From a virus: DNA of 64,000 nucleotides. Both the position numbers and the translations under genes were made by a program. This document shows, piece by piece, positions 18,798 through 27,987 of the stretch (position 1 is the first letter of the stretch; every line of letters begins with the position of its first letter). The stretch is from the IMG/VR virus record IMGVR_UViG_3300037189_022865, positions 26,597 through 90,596 of that record. One strand, written 5' to 3'. The notes below the pieces were generated by a model. The model searched no databases. It saw only the letters and a list, made by a program, of their open reading frames with translations, and was not told the origin of the DNA.

Positions 18798-19549
18798 TGA
18801 ACTTCTTCTTAGATCCAACGACCCGCAACCAAGTCAAATCCGCTGGCAGCCGTTTCCTCACTCCACCGTATCCATGTTCAGCCTGCTTCAATGGCGTTAT
18901 GGAGACAAGGTTGATAAAGCCCGTGCACGTGAATCCTCCTGCAGCAGTTAAGCTGACTCAGGACAAGACACGGCTCATGCAGGCTCTCAACAGGAATGAG
19001 ATCCCAGTCCCCGATTTCTTCAGCGCCGATAAGTACTACAACAAGAAGACTGGCGATTTCCTTGCCGGTGTATTCCTTGACGACTTTTCGTTCGATGACT
19101 TCATGGCTGTGGTAGTGAATCACGGTTTCCAGATGGAAATTGATGATTTGGTAAGCGCAGTCCAAGCAATGACCGGAATGCAAAACAGCCTGCCCAGCGC
19201 AGTAGTTCAGCGGAGAAACAAAGGAGAAGTGACCGGCACCGTCACTGCAATCCCAAATGGCGGAAACAAACTGTTTGATGGTAAGAACACCATCACCAAT
19301 GGAATCCTTCGCGAAAATCTGCCCTCCTTCCTGAAGGATGATTACCGTGAAGAGATCCTCGACACAGTGAACAGGGCGATTGATCTTCTCGATCTGGATT
19401 ACGCAACTGCCACAGTGTCCATCAATACCGACAGCCATGAAGTGCTTGTTGTGGACATCAGCACCAACTTCGTGCCAGATGATGCCATCGCAATCCGATA
19501 TTACATGGATGAGCTGAACAAGGCCCAGTCAAACAAAAAGAAGAAATGA
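18797..19549 (+). CDS. Degenerate ATP-grasp-like protein
   Basis: VNPPAAVKLTQDKTRLMQALNRNEIPVP resembles a RimK-type N-domain; the C-terminal E-x-N site reads DIST. Confidence 0.5.
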   Translation: MNFFLDPTTRNQVKSAGSRFLTPPYPCSACFNGVMETRLIKPVHVNPPAAVKLTQDKTRLMQALNRNEIPVPDFFSADKYYNKKTGDFLAGVFLDDFSFDDFMAVVVNHGFQMEIDDLVSAVQAMTGMQNSLPSAVVQRRNKGEVTGTVTAIPNGGNKLFDGKNTITNGILRENLPSFLKDDYREEILDTVNRAIDLLDLDYATATVSINTDSHEVLVVDISTNFVPDDAIAIRYYMDELNKAQSNKKKK

Positions 19550-20013
19550 GAACCCGCAATAACCTCGAGGAATTCGCTTGAGAACAACTAACGAAGGAGG
19601 GGATAACTTTTGAGTACGAAAAGGAAATTGAGTTATTCCCTTCCTTTGTTTTTAAAGGAATTGACATCGAAAAGAGAAACAAACAACTTAAAGTAAAGAA
19701 CAACAAGTATCAAAATATTGTATATTCTCCAGACTTTAGCGGAAAGAATTGAGTAATTGAGACAAAGGGTCTTAGGAGGCCCGCATTTGACCTGAGATGA
19801 AAGATCTTTAAGTATACGATAAAGAATAAGGGGTGATTACTATTAATGCCTACAAACCAAAAAGAGGTGTTAGTATGTATAGATATATTAAAAAAGTGAA
19901 TAAAGAATGATAGAGAATGATCCGATAACAGAATATTACAAATCTCCGAGAATATCCAACTCCCTGCTAAAAGCAATCGCAAATCCAAGAATACTAAAAC
20001 TAAAGAAGGATAA
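19546..20013 (+). CDS. Holliday-junction resolvase-like PD-(D/E)xK endonuclease, absent from the ORF track (TGA at 19579, 19750, 19798, 19834, 19897, 19918; one of the last two may be the stop)
   Basis: LEEFA[W]EQL..FEYE..YSPDFSGKN[W]VIETKG..FDLR[W]KIF. Confidence 0.85.
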
Positions 20014-20920
20014 CCCAGAACTATTTGAAGATGACTCGGCTTCTTTAAGAATAGGCTCAGCAGTAGACTGTTTATTAACAGATCCTAAAGCCTGAGTTAG
20101 TAAGTTTAAAGTACTCGAAGTAAATAAGCCTTATGGCTTTATGGGCACATTTGTTTCTAACTTACCTAAGGGAATAACTAAAGACTCTCCTAAGGAAGAT
20201 TACATGAGTGCTTACTGAATGAGTGGTTATAAGATGAGTGCTGATTGGGTGATTAATAAGTTCTGAACTTCACCAGACGCTGTTGAATACTATAATACTT
20301 ATAAAGAAGATGGGTATACAATTTTATCTAAAGATGAATACGACTCAGCTAAAAAGGCTGTATCTTTAGTTATGGATTCACCCTACGCATTTTCATACTT
20401 TCAAAGAAATAAAATACATGAAGAATTACTTCACCAAGTACCTATATATTTTACTCTTAAAGATCATGAGTTTAAAGCTCTCTTGGATGGGATTAAGATC
20501 GACCACCAAGAAAAAACTATAGAGCCTTTTGATCTAAAAACAATAGGGAAATCTGTTTATGAATTCCCACTTAACTATATTCTATATGGCTACTACACAC
20601 AAGCTGCTTTATATGAGTATGCTTTAAAGACAAAAGAGTCTCCAGTGTATGATCTACTTCAAGAAGGTTATACTCTAAAGGACTTTATCTTTATAGTAGC
20701 TGAGACTAAAACCTCATCTTTTAATCCCGCTTTAATCTACACTACCTCTAAGGAGGAGAGAGAAGCTGGGTTTACTGGAGGTAACTTTAATAACAAATAC
20801 CATAAAGGGATTTACCAACTTCTTGAGGATTATCTTTGGCATGTGGAAACTGACCAATGAATATACCCTAGAGAAATCTATCAAAATGAAGGGAGGATAC
20901 CCCTTAAAGTATTCACCTAA
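19907..20920 (+). CDS. PD-(D/E)xK exonuclease (RecE/ExoVIII-like; TGA=Trp at 20093, 20216, 20264, 20858)
   Basis: ISNSLL..IGSAVDCLLT..KALLD..FDLKT..YYTQAALY; fragments in one frame. Confidence 0.85.
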
Positions 20921-20950
20921 TAAAACTTAAACAGTCTAAAAGGTAACTAT

Positions 20951-21568
20951 ATGACACATAATCACGCAGTAAGCACCTACTTTATTTCTCCAATCTTTGA
21001 ACTGCGCAAGAACGAACCCCTCAGCGTTTTTGATAAAGCCTTCTATACACAGACATATCTTGGTGACCATCAGCGTCCCGAGTATCGTAACTGAAAGGAA
21101 GGTAAGTATTTCATAATGGAGTACAACTCTAACATTCCTCAGGAACTTGTGGAGCACCTTAAATCAAATCCACATTTTAAAGAGCAGTATTCACCGCAGG
21201 ATGGAAGAATACTCTTTGTGTTCTCTACACCGGAAGAGGTAAGAGAGAACTTTGTCCTTAAAGTTATTGAGGGCAAATATTCTGAGGCAGATCGGAAAGT
21301 GGTAGACAAATACTTCCCTGATAATCCATCACACTCCCGCTACGGAAATAGGCTAGTTTTCCTAAAGAGCGATTTGTGGAAGCAAAGATGGGAGCGAGAG
21401 ATAGGAGTTGTGTTGCCTGATGGTGCGGAAGTATATAGCAAACCATTTCCACGTAATGAAGTATATGGATACTATAACGACAGTGTCGAACTGAATGAGA
21501 AGGTCGCAGATCAAACTACGATCGAATTGGACCTTTCTCACGAGGATTACGAACTGAAATCGGCTTAA
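20951..21568 (+). CDS. Hypothetical protein (TGA=Trp at 21092)
   Basis: ATG 20951 in frame with ORF 21116-21568. Confidence 0.7.
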
Positions 21569-21914
21569 GCTGATCGGGCGGTATGATAATCTCAAAGATC
21601 TATCGCTAAATGAACTCGGGTTAAGTGAAAAAGACCTCTATGAATTAGAGGAAGTAAGGAGGGATAAGAAGACGTTTATACTTAAATCAATTGAACGCTC
21701 TTCCCCTTCTTTCGGAAGATTCATGTCCCAGGCTTACATTTATTATGAGACCGCAAAAAGCAAGAATAAGAAAGCTTTTGAGTCGGAGACTAAGAGTACG
21801 GTTGTGAAAAGACTGACTAAAAAGATCCACAAACTAAACGCCGAAACGTCACGAGTGCAGGACATTATGTCCATAGTTGTCGATCTTTACTTATTCTCAA
21901 GGGCTAAAAATTAG
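21495..21914 (+). CDS. Hypothetical protein (TGA=Trp at 21555)
   Basis: The frame of ORF 21723 is open back to ATG 21495 across one TGA. Confidence 0.5.
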
Positions 21915-21946
21915 CCTGAAGCAAAAGTAGACTTATGAAAACAAAG

Positions 21947-21989
21947 AACCCCCACTCTCCATTACGGAGGGATGGGGGTTTTCTTTTTT
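21947..21989 (+). terminator. Intrinsic terminator
   Basis: AACCCCCACTCTCC / GGAGGGATGGGGGTT stem plus T-rich tract. Confidence 0.75.
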
Positions 21990-22015
21990 ATTAACATTCA
22001 CCAAACAAATTAACA

Positions 22016-22621
22016 ATGACCAAAAAGAAATTTCTTCTGGTTCCACTGGAGCAACTCCGCCCACTATTCTCCACAGAAGATGGCATCGACAACCGTCCCA
22101 TTGAAGAAACTGAGGACATGATTGACTGCTTTCCAATGCAGTATGATGATCAGGATTTCCTTCTGGTAGCAGAGCCTCTGTTCATCGAAATGCGCCGTCA
22201 ACTCACAGACATGAGGATCCCATACCAAATAGAGGGGTATTACCCAAAGTCTGTTGATCCGGCCAAATTCTCCGGCGCTACCCTCGCTTCAGACGAAACA
22301 AGGAAAAAGATCATCAAGTGCTGCTTTTCGTACCATGAAGAAACGCCTCAATCCCTGGCAGAGAAACTCATTGATCCGGGCTACTGCGCCTGCAAAGGGG
22401 AGTGCAACAACTGCAAGAATAAACCCATAGCTGAGCAGGAGATTGATAAGTTTATCGACGACTCTATCCTGACCATTATGACCATCACCGGTAAGAAGTC
22501 TCTCACCAAAGACGAGCAAGAACTGCTCAAGATCTTCTACAGTATCCTGCCGATCCGCTGGCAAGACAAGTACAACCAAAAAGTAACTGATCTACTGAAA
22601 GCCCTTAAAGGAGTTCAGTAA
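22016..22621 (+). CDS. Hypothetical protein with Cys cluster
   Basis: A-rich leader; CACKGECNNC. Confidence 0.75.
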   Translation: MTKKKFLLVPLEQLRPLFSTEDGIDNRPIEETEDMIDCFPMQYDDQDFLLVAEPLFIEMRRQLTDMRIPYQIEGYYPKSVDPAKFSGATLASDETRKKIIKCCFSYHEETPQSLAEKLIDPGYCACKGECNNCKNKPIAEQEIDKFIDDSILTIMTITGKKSLTKDEQELLKIFYSILPIRWQDKYNQKVTDLLKALKGVQ

Positions 22622-22671
22622 AAACAAAAACCCCCTGTCTTCTCTTGCGAGAGGGCAGGGGGATGTTTTTT
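22621..22671. terminator. Bidirectional terminator between the convergent arms
   Basis: A-tract, stem CCCCCTGTCTTCTC / GAGAGGGCAGGGGG, T-tract. Confidence 0.85.
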
Positions 22672-22683
22672 GAGTGACGCCCA

Positions 22684-25600
22684 CTATTTAAGTGGGTAGA
22701 TGCCATAAAGAAAACTTGGGTCTTCATCATTACCAAGTATCTGTTCTATTTGTGATCTAGAAGAATAACCGGGTGTGAGAGTTAAAAATCCTCTAAGGCC
22801 CTTAGGCCAACCTTGTTTATCCACTTCTCCAGACATACCTTCAGTAAGAAGCGCCCAAGTAGATTTACCTATTTTGTTTGCTACCTCCAAAGATACTACT
22901 GGTTTATCTGTTGCATCAAGAATATCTTTTAACGAAAGGAATCGAGACATATCTGTTACAATTCTTGCAGCAGATTTTCCTAATGGAGTCTTTTCTTCTT
23001 CATCATCAAATGCCCAAGAGTAAATGGCTAACATTGTTAACCACCATATAAGCGTGTTTATTAATGAAGACATAGCTCTAATTCTTGCATTTTTCAAAGT
23101 AGCTTCTCCAAGATCTCCTCCAGTCATGTAATCCATATGCTTTCCCTGAATAGCAGCAAACAAAGCAGCAAAGAATATCTTTATTTGTCCCTGAAGTATT
23201 TCGGAATGCCATTCATACATAGGCATACCATCTGGCTTCTTTCCAACTAAAACATATTTACCAATACTGCGATCTCTATACTTAGACCCGAATAAAACTT
23301 TAACATATTGGAATGCGTGTTTTTGAAATTGAGCTAAGAAGTCTCCCCATACAGAAGCTTCCATAGCGATTTTTTCATCTTTTCTGTAAGAGCCAGATAC
23401 TCTTTCGTGAGTTCTTTTAAGAGCCTTTATCTCCATTGCCGTAAGCTCTTTAAGTTCGGTAGTTGTTCCGTCGGAGTTTTCTACTACGCCGCGAACACCC
23501 ATGTTCCACCCACCTTTATCATCATGAGCATCCCAAAGGGATATTTTGTTTCCATCTTTATCTAATACTTTAGTTGATTTTAATAATCCAGCCAAATGCC
23601 AAAGGGATGAAAAATTTTCAAATAATGAATAAGCAGCATAAGCATTTTCTCCAAGACCTATTTTAGAGACAGCTTCCATTTTTTTAATATCCTCGTCGCT
23701 TATTACGTAGTTATCTGGCAACCAATTAATCGCTTTAGCAATATTCCATAATTTAGATTCCTCTGGTTTTCCCATAATTGCCTTAGCAATATAATCATTA
23801 AAAACTATTTTACCACCAACTAAATCTATTTGTCCTAGTTCTTCTACATCGACTCCATATATTTTAGACAGACCTTTTGTTACTATATTTTTAGTTGACT
23901 GGGATATTGTTTGTAATGTTACATATATACCATTTCTTATTGGGGAAATAACTTTAAATCCAAGTGTTAAAAAAGATACAGAAGTTCTTAGCCAACGAAC
24001 TATTTCGATTTCAGAGATTCTTACGTCGGTGCCTTCTTTTATACCTGTTACTTTTTCAGTTAACTTACCAGCTTTCCATCTTACTGCTCTGGTTAAAACT
24101 TTTTCAGTTTTTTGTCTTCCTAATATTTGAGTATATATTTCATCATCTAACCATTGAACTGTATTAGAATACCTAGCTTCTTCACCACTTTCCATAAGCT
24201 CTTCATCTAAAGCATTACGAACGCCCCTAGCTAGATCATAAAGAGGGTCCATTTCTTGCTTAGTTTTCATGGACATCATGAACATTTTGAAAGCGATTTG
24301 GCCGTTAAAGCTGTGGTTTTCTGCATCTACTATACCAGGAGAATCTGTATGTTTAAAGTATCTAAATTGTATTCCCTCAGATCCTCTACCATATTTATCT
24401 TCAAAGAAACCATTTAAGCTTCTTTTAAATTCTTCTCCAACAGTGGTTTTAAGACCCATTAATCCTGCTCCATAACCAGAAGTTTTTATTTCTTCCTCTC
24501 TAATTTCATTTATACTTTTAGGTATTCTAGGCATGAAATCTAGAGGCATTTCTTCTGGTAAACCTAAAGAACTGTATCTATAAATAGGTTGCCTAGTTAC
24601 TTCATCAAAACCAACTATTTCTTTAGCAAATTTATTATACTCCTCCTTCATTGTTTTATGAACGTAGTTTCTATAATCTTGCTCAGCTTTTGTCATTGGA
24701 ACTTCTTTACCATTCTTCACATAAGTATTCTTTGTGTTAAGGTAGTAACCAGTTCCGCCTATCTCATCTGACTTTCTCCACATAAACGCGTAAAAATCTC
24801 TAGTATCCATTTGTGTTTTAGAGGCAATAGCATTATGTGCGGCAACAACACCAGCAGCAAGAATTGGATTCCAAGTAGCCATAGAGGCGAAGTGAACCAT
24901 TTCAAGTCCTTTCAAAGCTGCTTTATTCATTTTGTCGTTAGGACCAACCCTTTCATTCACTAGCTTTAAAAACAAATTATCATGGTTTTCTTCCAAATTT
25001 TTTGAAAAAATATTGAGCCTTTGTTTTGCTTCTAATAATACTTTATGTAAAACTTGTATTCTTGGGTTATCTACATCAGAAAAGTTTTTAATTTTCCAGA
25101 AAAAACCTAAGTCTGGAGTTTTAGATTTAAGATCTATAGTGGGTTCTTTTTCTATCTCCAGTATTGCCTGTGAGTATTTTATACTTAAAGCTTTTTTTCT
25201 TGGGTCTCTTTCTACTTGTTCCTTAGAAGATCTTAAATAAAGATCTGACAATTTGTTTTTTAAATAAATAAGTTTTTCGTCTCTAGACAAATGAGATATT
25301 TCAGAATGTAAATCTATAAGTGATTGAGTTACTCCTTTGTAATTAGACAATTTAAACAATCCCTTTTTTTCCATTTCGTCATGGATTTTAGGGTGATTTG
25401 TTTTATAATAATTTTGTATGGTAAAAAGATATGGTTCTAAGTCTAGTTCCATGGCCGTAGGATTACCCATAGCATCTATAACCAACAATTTAATTGATCT
25501 AAATTTTAAATCTGGAAATTTTTCTTTAAGCATTACAGTTCTCAAAGCTTTTTCCAAATAAGCTCTGGATAATCTAGAGTCATTTATACCAAACTCTTCT

Positions 25601-27987
25601 CCATACTTTATCATTTGGTTGGTATTAGAATCTCTAGTTAACCAACCGGTTTTAAAATCTACAAAAGTAGCTTCCCCGTTTTGATGCACAAAAAGTCCGT
25701 CATATGTTGTAGCAAGTTTATTACCATCCTTATCTACCATTAAATCAGAAACTATTACACCTTCTGAAGAAACTTTGTCTCTTAGTCCTGGGGGTAGAGT
25801 ATTATCCAAGTCTACTATAACTCCCGCAGCTTCAAAAATTTTATCTAAATTATTTTTTATTCTTTTAATGCTGGGATGAGACTCTAATGAAATAAAATCT
25901 GCCTTAGTTGCTTTGGCATACTTAATAGCGTTTTGCTTAGCTTCTTCTTTCTTTTGTGGGTTTTGTTCTAAAACATATTGAAAATAAGCGTGAATTAACT
26001 TACCTTTATTTTTAAACTCATTTAATCTGGCTTCAATAGTTCTATACACATCTTGAAAAGTCAACCTTTCACCTTGTATAGTTATTGTTTCTTTTATTTC
26101 ATCTTCGTTTTTATCATAGATATTTACACCATTTCTAGCAAAAACTTTTTTCGCTTCATATTCAGCATCACTGTTAGAATAGCGTTTTTGCTTAGAAGAA
26201 AATTCTCCAACTTCCACATCCCCAACAAATGAAGTAATACGTTTAGCTTTTTCTCCAGTACTAATGTTTTCATAATATACAGAATTATCAAAAGAAGACC
26301 AGCCCTGTGCTTGTTTTTCTAACTCATTAATATAATCTATTTTAGGTTTCTTTTTAGCTCCAAGTCCATTGGCTACAGCTTCCTCGGCTTCATCTAATCT
26401 TTGATAAGCAGTTCTTATTACGTTATCAGAAATAGTCATACCCCTTTCAAAAGTATTTAAAACTTCTATTAGCGTTGAGGTAGCTGTCAAGGAATTTTTT
26501 AATCCTAAAAAGTTTCTAATATAATTTAAAAAGTATTTTAGATATAGATTATATTTATTACTTATAGCTTGCTCTCCTAAATACTGAACAACACTCTCTT
26601 CTCTATCCTCTATCCCATTGTTAACATAAGATTCTTTATAAAGAATTTCAAATGTTTGTGGAGAAGTTTGCATTAATGTAGATACAAATGGGTGATAATA
26701 TTCGTGAAGCGGAGTATCTTCGGTCGCATAAGCAACGTTAATTACTACTATCTTTTCTTTACCCCTGTTTACGTATTTACCTCTAAATTTTTGGTTTGGG
26801 TCATCTATTATTTGATACGGTATTGAAAATCTAGCAGAAAGCTCTTCTAATAAATTAGTTAACTTTGTACTAGCTTTTACCGGTAAGAAAACATTTTCAT
26901 TTGTTTCTGGAAATAAAGTAATTGTTTTTGGTGTAGAAACATTATTTTTTACATTGTTTTTTACAAATTCTTTAAAACCTGCGATGTCTTTATTAGAGCC
27001 AAGTATATGTATTTGATTTTTGTTTTTTACTATAAAGTTTCTACCTTCTTCAAATTCTTCTCCCCCAGGTCCAGCATCTTCAACTTGCGGCAATATAACA
27101 GAATCTCCTCCTAAAGAGTTTATGTACTCTAAAGCTACATCACCTTCACCACGAGTTCCTCCAGCAAATAGTTTAGTGTCTCCTACAACAGGATTTTCCA
27201 TATTAAGTATTACGGGAATATTTACACTAGCTCCTGTTTGAAAATATTTTTCTTTTTTAAGTAAACCTTCTAATTCTGGAAAACTTAAAACATACTCAAC
27301 TAACTTAACTACTTCTGAGTCAGTTAAATTAAACGATTTTTGTATATTATCTAGTAATTTATCTAAAAGAGTGTCGTCAGAACTTTTAGCAGCTACCCAA
27401 AGATTTGCTAAATCAATTGAAGAAAAAATATTAGCGACGTTAAAATCCCCAAAAAAGTAACCAGCTTGATTACTTTTATTATCTGTTATTTTTGTGGCTT
27501 TGTTTTTATCAAAATCTTGTGTTTTATACCAGTCCCCCAAAGTGCCATGGTACACCACATCCTGCATTTTACTTTGTGGAAAAATAGTATTTAGATATTG
27601 AGAGTACTGTTCTTTAGTTCCTACAGAAGCTAACTCCGGTGTTGTTTTAAATACATAATCTACACCTTCTTTTTTTTCTTGAGTAGCCATCATAGGACTT
27701 TCTACAATTACACTATCTCCTTCTAACCTAACGTTTAAACCATCAAATCTAGAATAAAAAATTCTAGCCATTAGTTCTTCTGAAAAAGTTGAACCCCCTA
27801 AAAAATCTGCATATTTAGTTCTAAAGAATACTGGGTTTCTTCGTATTGCAGTTAATATAGCATTGTAGACGGGTTCGTTAAACGAAGGAGTTACTGCTTC
27901 AGTATTATACAATACCAAAGCAGCTTCTTCTCCGTGCATTTCTACAAGCCTTCTCCACTCTTCTGAGTTTTTATTTGGACAGACCAT
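22684..27987 (-). CDS. Large polyvalent virion cargo protein (ART-like, HExxH and PD-(D/E)xK modules)
   Basis: Start MVCPNKNSEEW; VYHGT..GYFF..NQIHILG; LHEYYH; YDGLF..VDFKTG; C-terminal hydrophobic segments. Confidence 0.8.
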   Translation of the reverse strand: MVCPNKNSEEWRRLVEMHGEEAALVLYNTEAVTPSFNEPVYNAILTAIRRNPVFFRTKYADFLGGSTFSEELMARIFYSRFDGLNVRLEGDSVIVESPMMATQEKKEGVDYVFKTTPELASVGTKEQYSQYLNTIFPQSKMQDVVYHGTLGDWYKTQDFDKNKATKITDNKSNQAGYFFGDFNVANIFSSIDLANLWVAAKSSDDTLLDKLLDNIQKSFNLTDSEVVKLVEYVLSFPELEGLLKKEKYFQTGASVNIPVILNMENPVVGDTKLFAGGTRGEGDVALEYINSLGGDSVILPQVEDAGPGGEEFEEGRNFIVKNKNQIHILGSNKDIAGFKEFVKNNVKNNVSTPKTITLFPETNENVFLPVKASTKLTNLLEELSARFSIPYQIIDDPNQKFRGKYVNRGKEKIVVINVAYATEDTPLHEYYHPFVSTLMQTSPQTFEILYKESYVNNGIEDREESVVQYLGEQAISNKYNLYLKYFLNYIRNFLGLKNSLTATSTLIEVLNTFERGMTISDNVIRTAYQRLDEAEEAVANGLGAKKKPKIDYINELEKQAQGWSSFDNSVYYENISTGEKAKRITSFVGDVEVGEFSSKQKRYSNSDAEYEAKKVFARNGVNIYDKNEDEIKETITIQGERLTFQDVYRTIEARLNEFKNKGKLIHAYFQYVLEQNPQKKEEAKQNAIKYAKATKADFISLESHPSIKRIKNNLDKIFEAAGVIVDLDNTLPPGLRDKVSSEGVIVSDLMVDKDGNKLATTYDGLFVHQNGEATFVDFKTGWLTRDSNTNQMIKYGEEFGINDSRLSRAYLEKALRTVMLKEKFPDLKFRSIKLLVIDAMGNPTAMELDLEPYLFTIQNYYKTNHPKIHDEMEKKGLFKLSNYKGVTQSLIDLHSEISHLSRDEKLIYLKNKLSDLYLRSSKEQVERDPRKKALSIKYSQAILEIEKEPTIDLKSKTPDLGFFWKIKNFSDVDNPRIQVLHKVLLEAKQRLNIFSKNLEENHDNLFLKLVNERVGPNDKMNKAALKGLEMVHFASMATWNPILAAGVVAAHNAIASKTQMDTRDFYAFMWRKSDEIGGTGYYLNTKNTYVKNGKEVPMTKAEQDYRNYVHKTMKEEYNKFAKEIVGFDEVTRQPIYRYSSLGLPEEMPLDFMPRIPKSINEIREEEIKTSGYGAGLMGLKTTVGEEFKRSLNGFFEDKYGRGSEGIQFRYFKHTDSPGIVDAENHSFNGQIAFKMFMMSMKTKQEMDPLYDLARGVRNALDEELMESGEEARYSNTVQWLDDEIYTQILGRQKTEKVLTRAVRWKAGKLTEKVTGIKEGTDVRISEIEIVRWLRTSVSFLTLGFKVISPIRNGIYVTLQTISQSTKNIVTKGLSKIYGVDVEELGQIDLVGGKIVFNDYIAKAIMGKPEESKLWNIAKAINWLPDNYVISDEDIKKMEAVSKIGLGENAYAAYSLFENFSSLWHLAGLLKSTKVLDKDGNKISLWDAHDDKGGWNMGVRGVVENSDGTTTELKELTAMEIKALKRTHERVSGSYRKDEKIAMEASVWGDFLAQFQKHAFQYVKVLFGSKYRDRSIGKYVLVGKKPDGMPMYEWHSEILQGQIKIFFAALFAAIQGKHMDYMTGGDLGEATLKNARIRAMSSLINTLIWWLTMLAIYSWAFDDEEEKTPLGKSAARIVTDMSRFLSLKDILDATDKPVVSLEVANKIGKSTWALLTEGMSGEVDKQGWPKGLRGFLTLTPGYSSRSQIEQILGNDEDPSFLYGIYPLK

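Noticed and set aside
5679-19800. TGA read as Gly (code 25) or selenocysteine
   Set aside because: Motif contexts (N-x-NS..KQV, N-x-VIETKG, LR-x-KIF) fit Trp, not Gly or a catalytic Cys
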